Of a stretch of DNA of 41,319 nucleotides, positions 41,255 to 41,319 are shown in pieces. Position 1 is the stretch's first letter. Every line of letters starts with the position of its first letter. Location of the stretch: contig JBGSSZ010000674.1 of assembly GCA_041736785.1 (NCBI GenBank), forward strand, positions 1 to 41,319. Direction: 5' to 3'. The translations under genes and the position numbers were made by a program. Source of the stretch: Limnoglobus sp. (GTDB lineage Bacteria; Planctomycetota; Planctomycetia; Gemmatales; Gemmataceae). The notes beneath the pieces were generated by a model, which worked only from the letters and a program-made list of their open reading frames with translations, was not told the DNA's origin and did no database searches.

Positions 41255-41319
41255 ATGATCACACGTAACGAACTCGCTGACCTGTATGCCCGCCGCGACG
41301 AACCGCCGGCCGCGTTGCC
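41255..41319 (+). CDS. Possible 5' end of a downstream gene (partial)
   Basis: ATG at 41255, 1 nt after the MBL stop, is open to the window edge (MITRNELADLYARRDEPPAAL). It is too short to assess. Confidence 0.2.
   Translation, partial: MITRNELADLYARRDEPPAAL

Overview
GC-rich (about 58-60% by eye), gene-dense bacterial chromosomal segment. I support about 30 protein genes and found no rRNA, tRNA, CRISPR array or IS element. The gene content suggests Planctomycetota but cannot prove it: two secreted DUF1573 proteins, an ECF sigma/anti-sigma pair, a VIT-vWA protein, a zinc-ribbon/TM protein, a HEAT-repeat protein and very large multidomain ORFs. Housekeeping anchors are rex, accA, an Fpr-type ferredoxin-NADP reductase, pyc, mnmG and a XerC/D-type recombinase. 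Positions 923-12858 form one uninterrupted minus-strand array: ECF sigma, anti-sigma, VIT-vWA, fpr, Ser/Thr kinase, accA, a metal-transport cluster, DUF1573 and rex. The most unusual object is a 2,292-aa single-chain tandem UvrA-UvrA fusion (13028-19906). Both UvrA modules look complete, with 4 Walker A, 4 LSGGEAQR signature and 4 Walker B motifs. A roughly 345-aa C-terminal extension follows; I do not recognise it and it is itself an internal duplication. Each UvrA module also carries an in-frame hairpin-forming inverted-repeat insertion at a non-conserved loop. Other points worth a second look: (1) matching ECF-type promoter motifs (GGAAC-N16-CGTC and TTAAC-N16-CGTC) upstream of the sigma gene and of the VIT-vWA gene; (2) an fpr-kinase-accA trio joined by 1-nt stop/start overlaps; (3) a His/Asp-rich DUF1980 protein, a COG0701 permease and an orphan ABC-3 permease behind a 30-nt imperfect inverted repeat with Fur/Zur-like AT-rich cores; (4) a lower-GC three-gene insert (PIN-like protein, small partner, membrane protein) just upstream of mnmG; (5) a 570-bp non-coding leader upstream of an unusual two-component pair. 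All functional calls come from reading motifs in the supplied translations. No database search was run.
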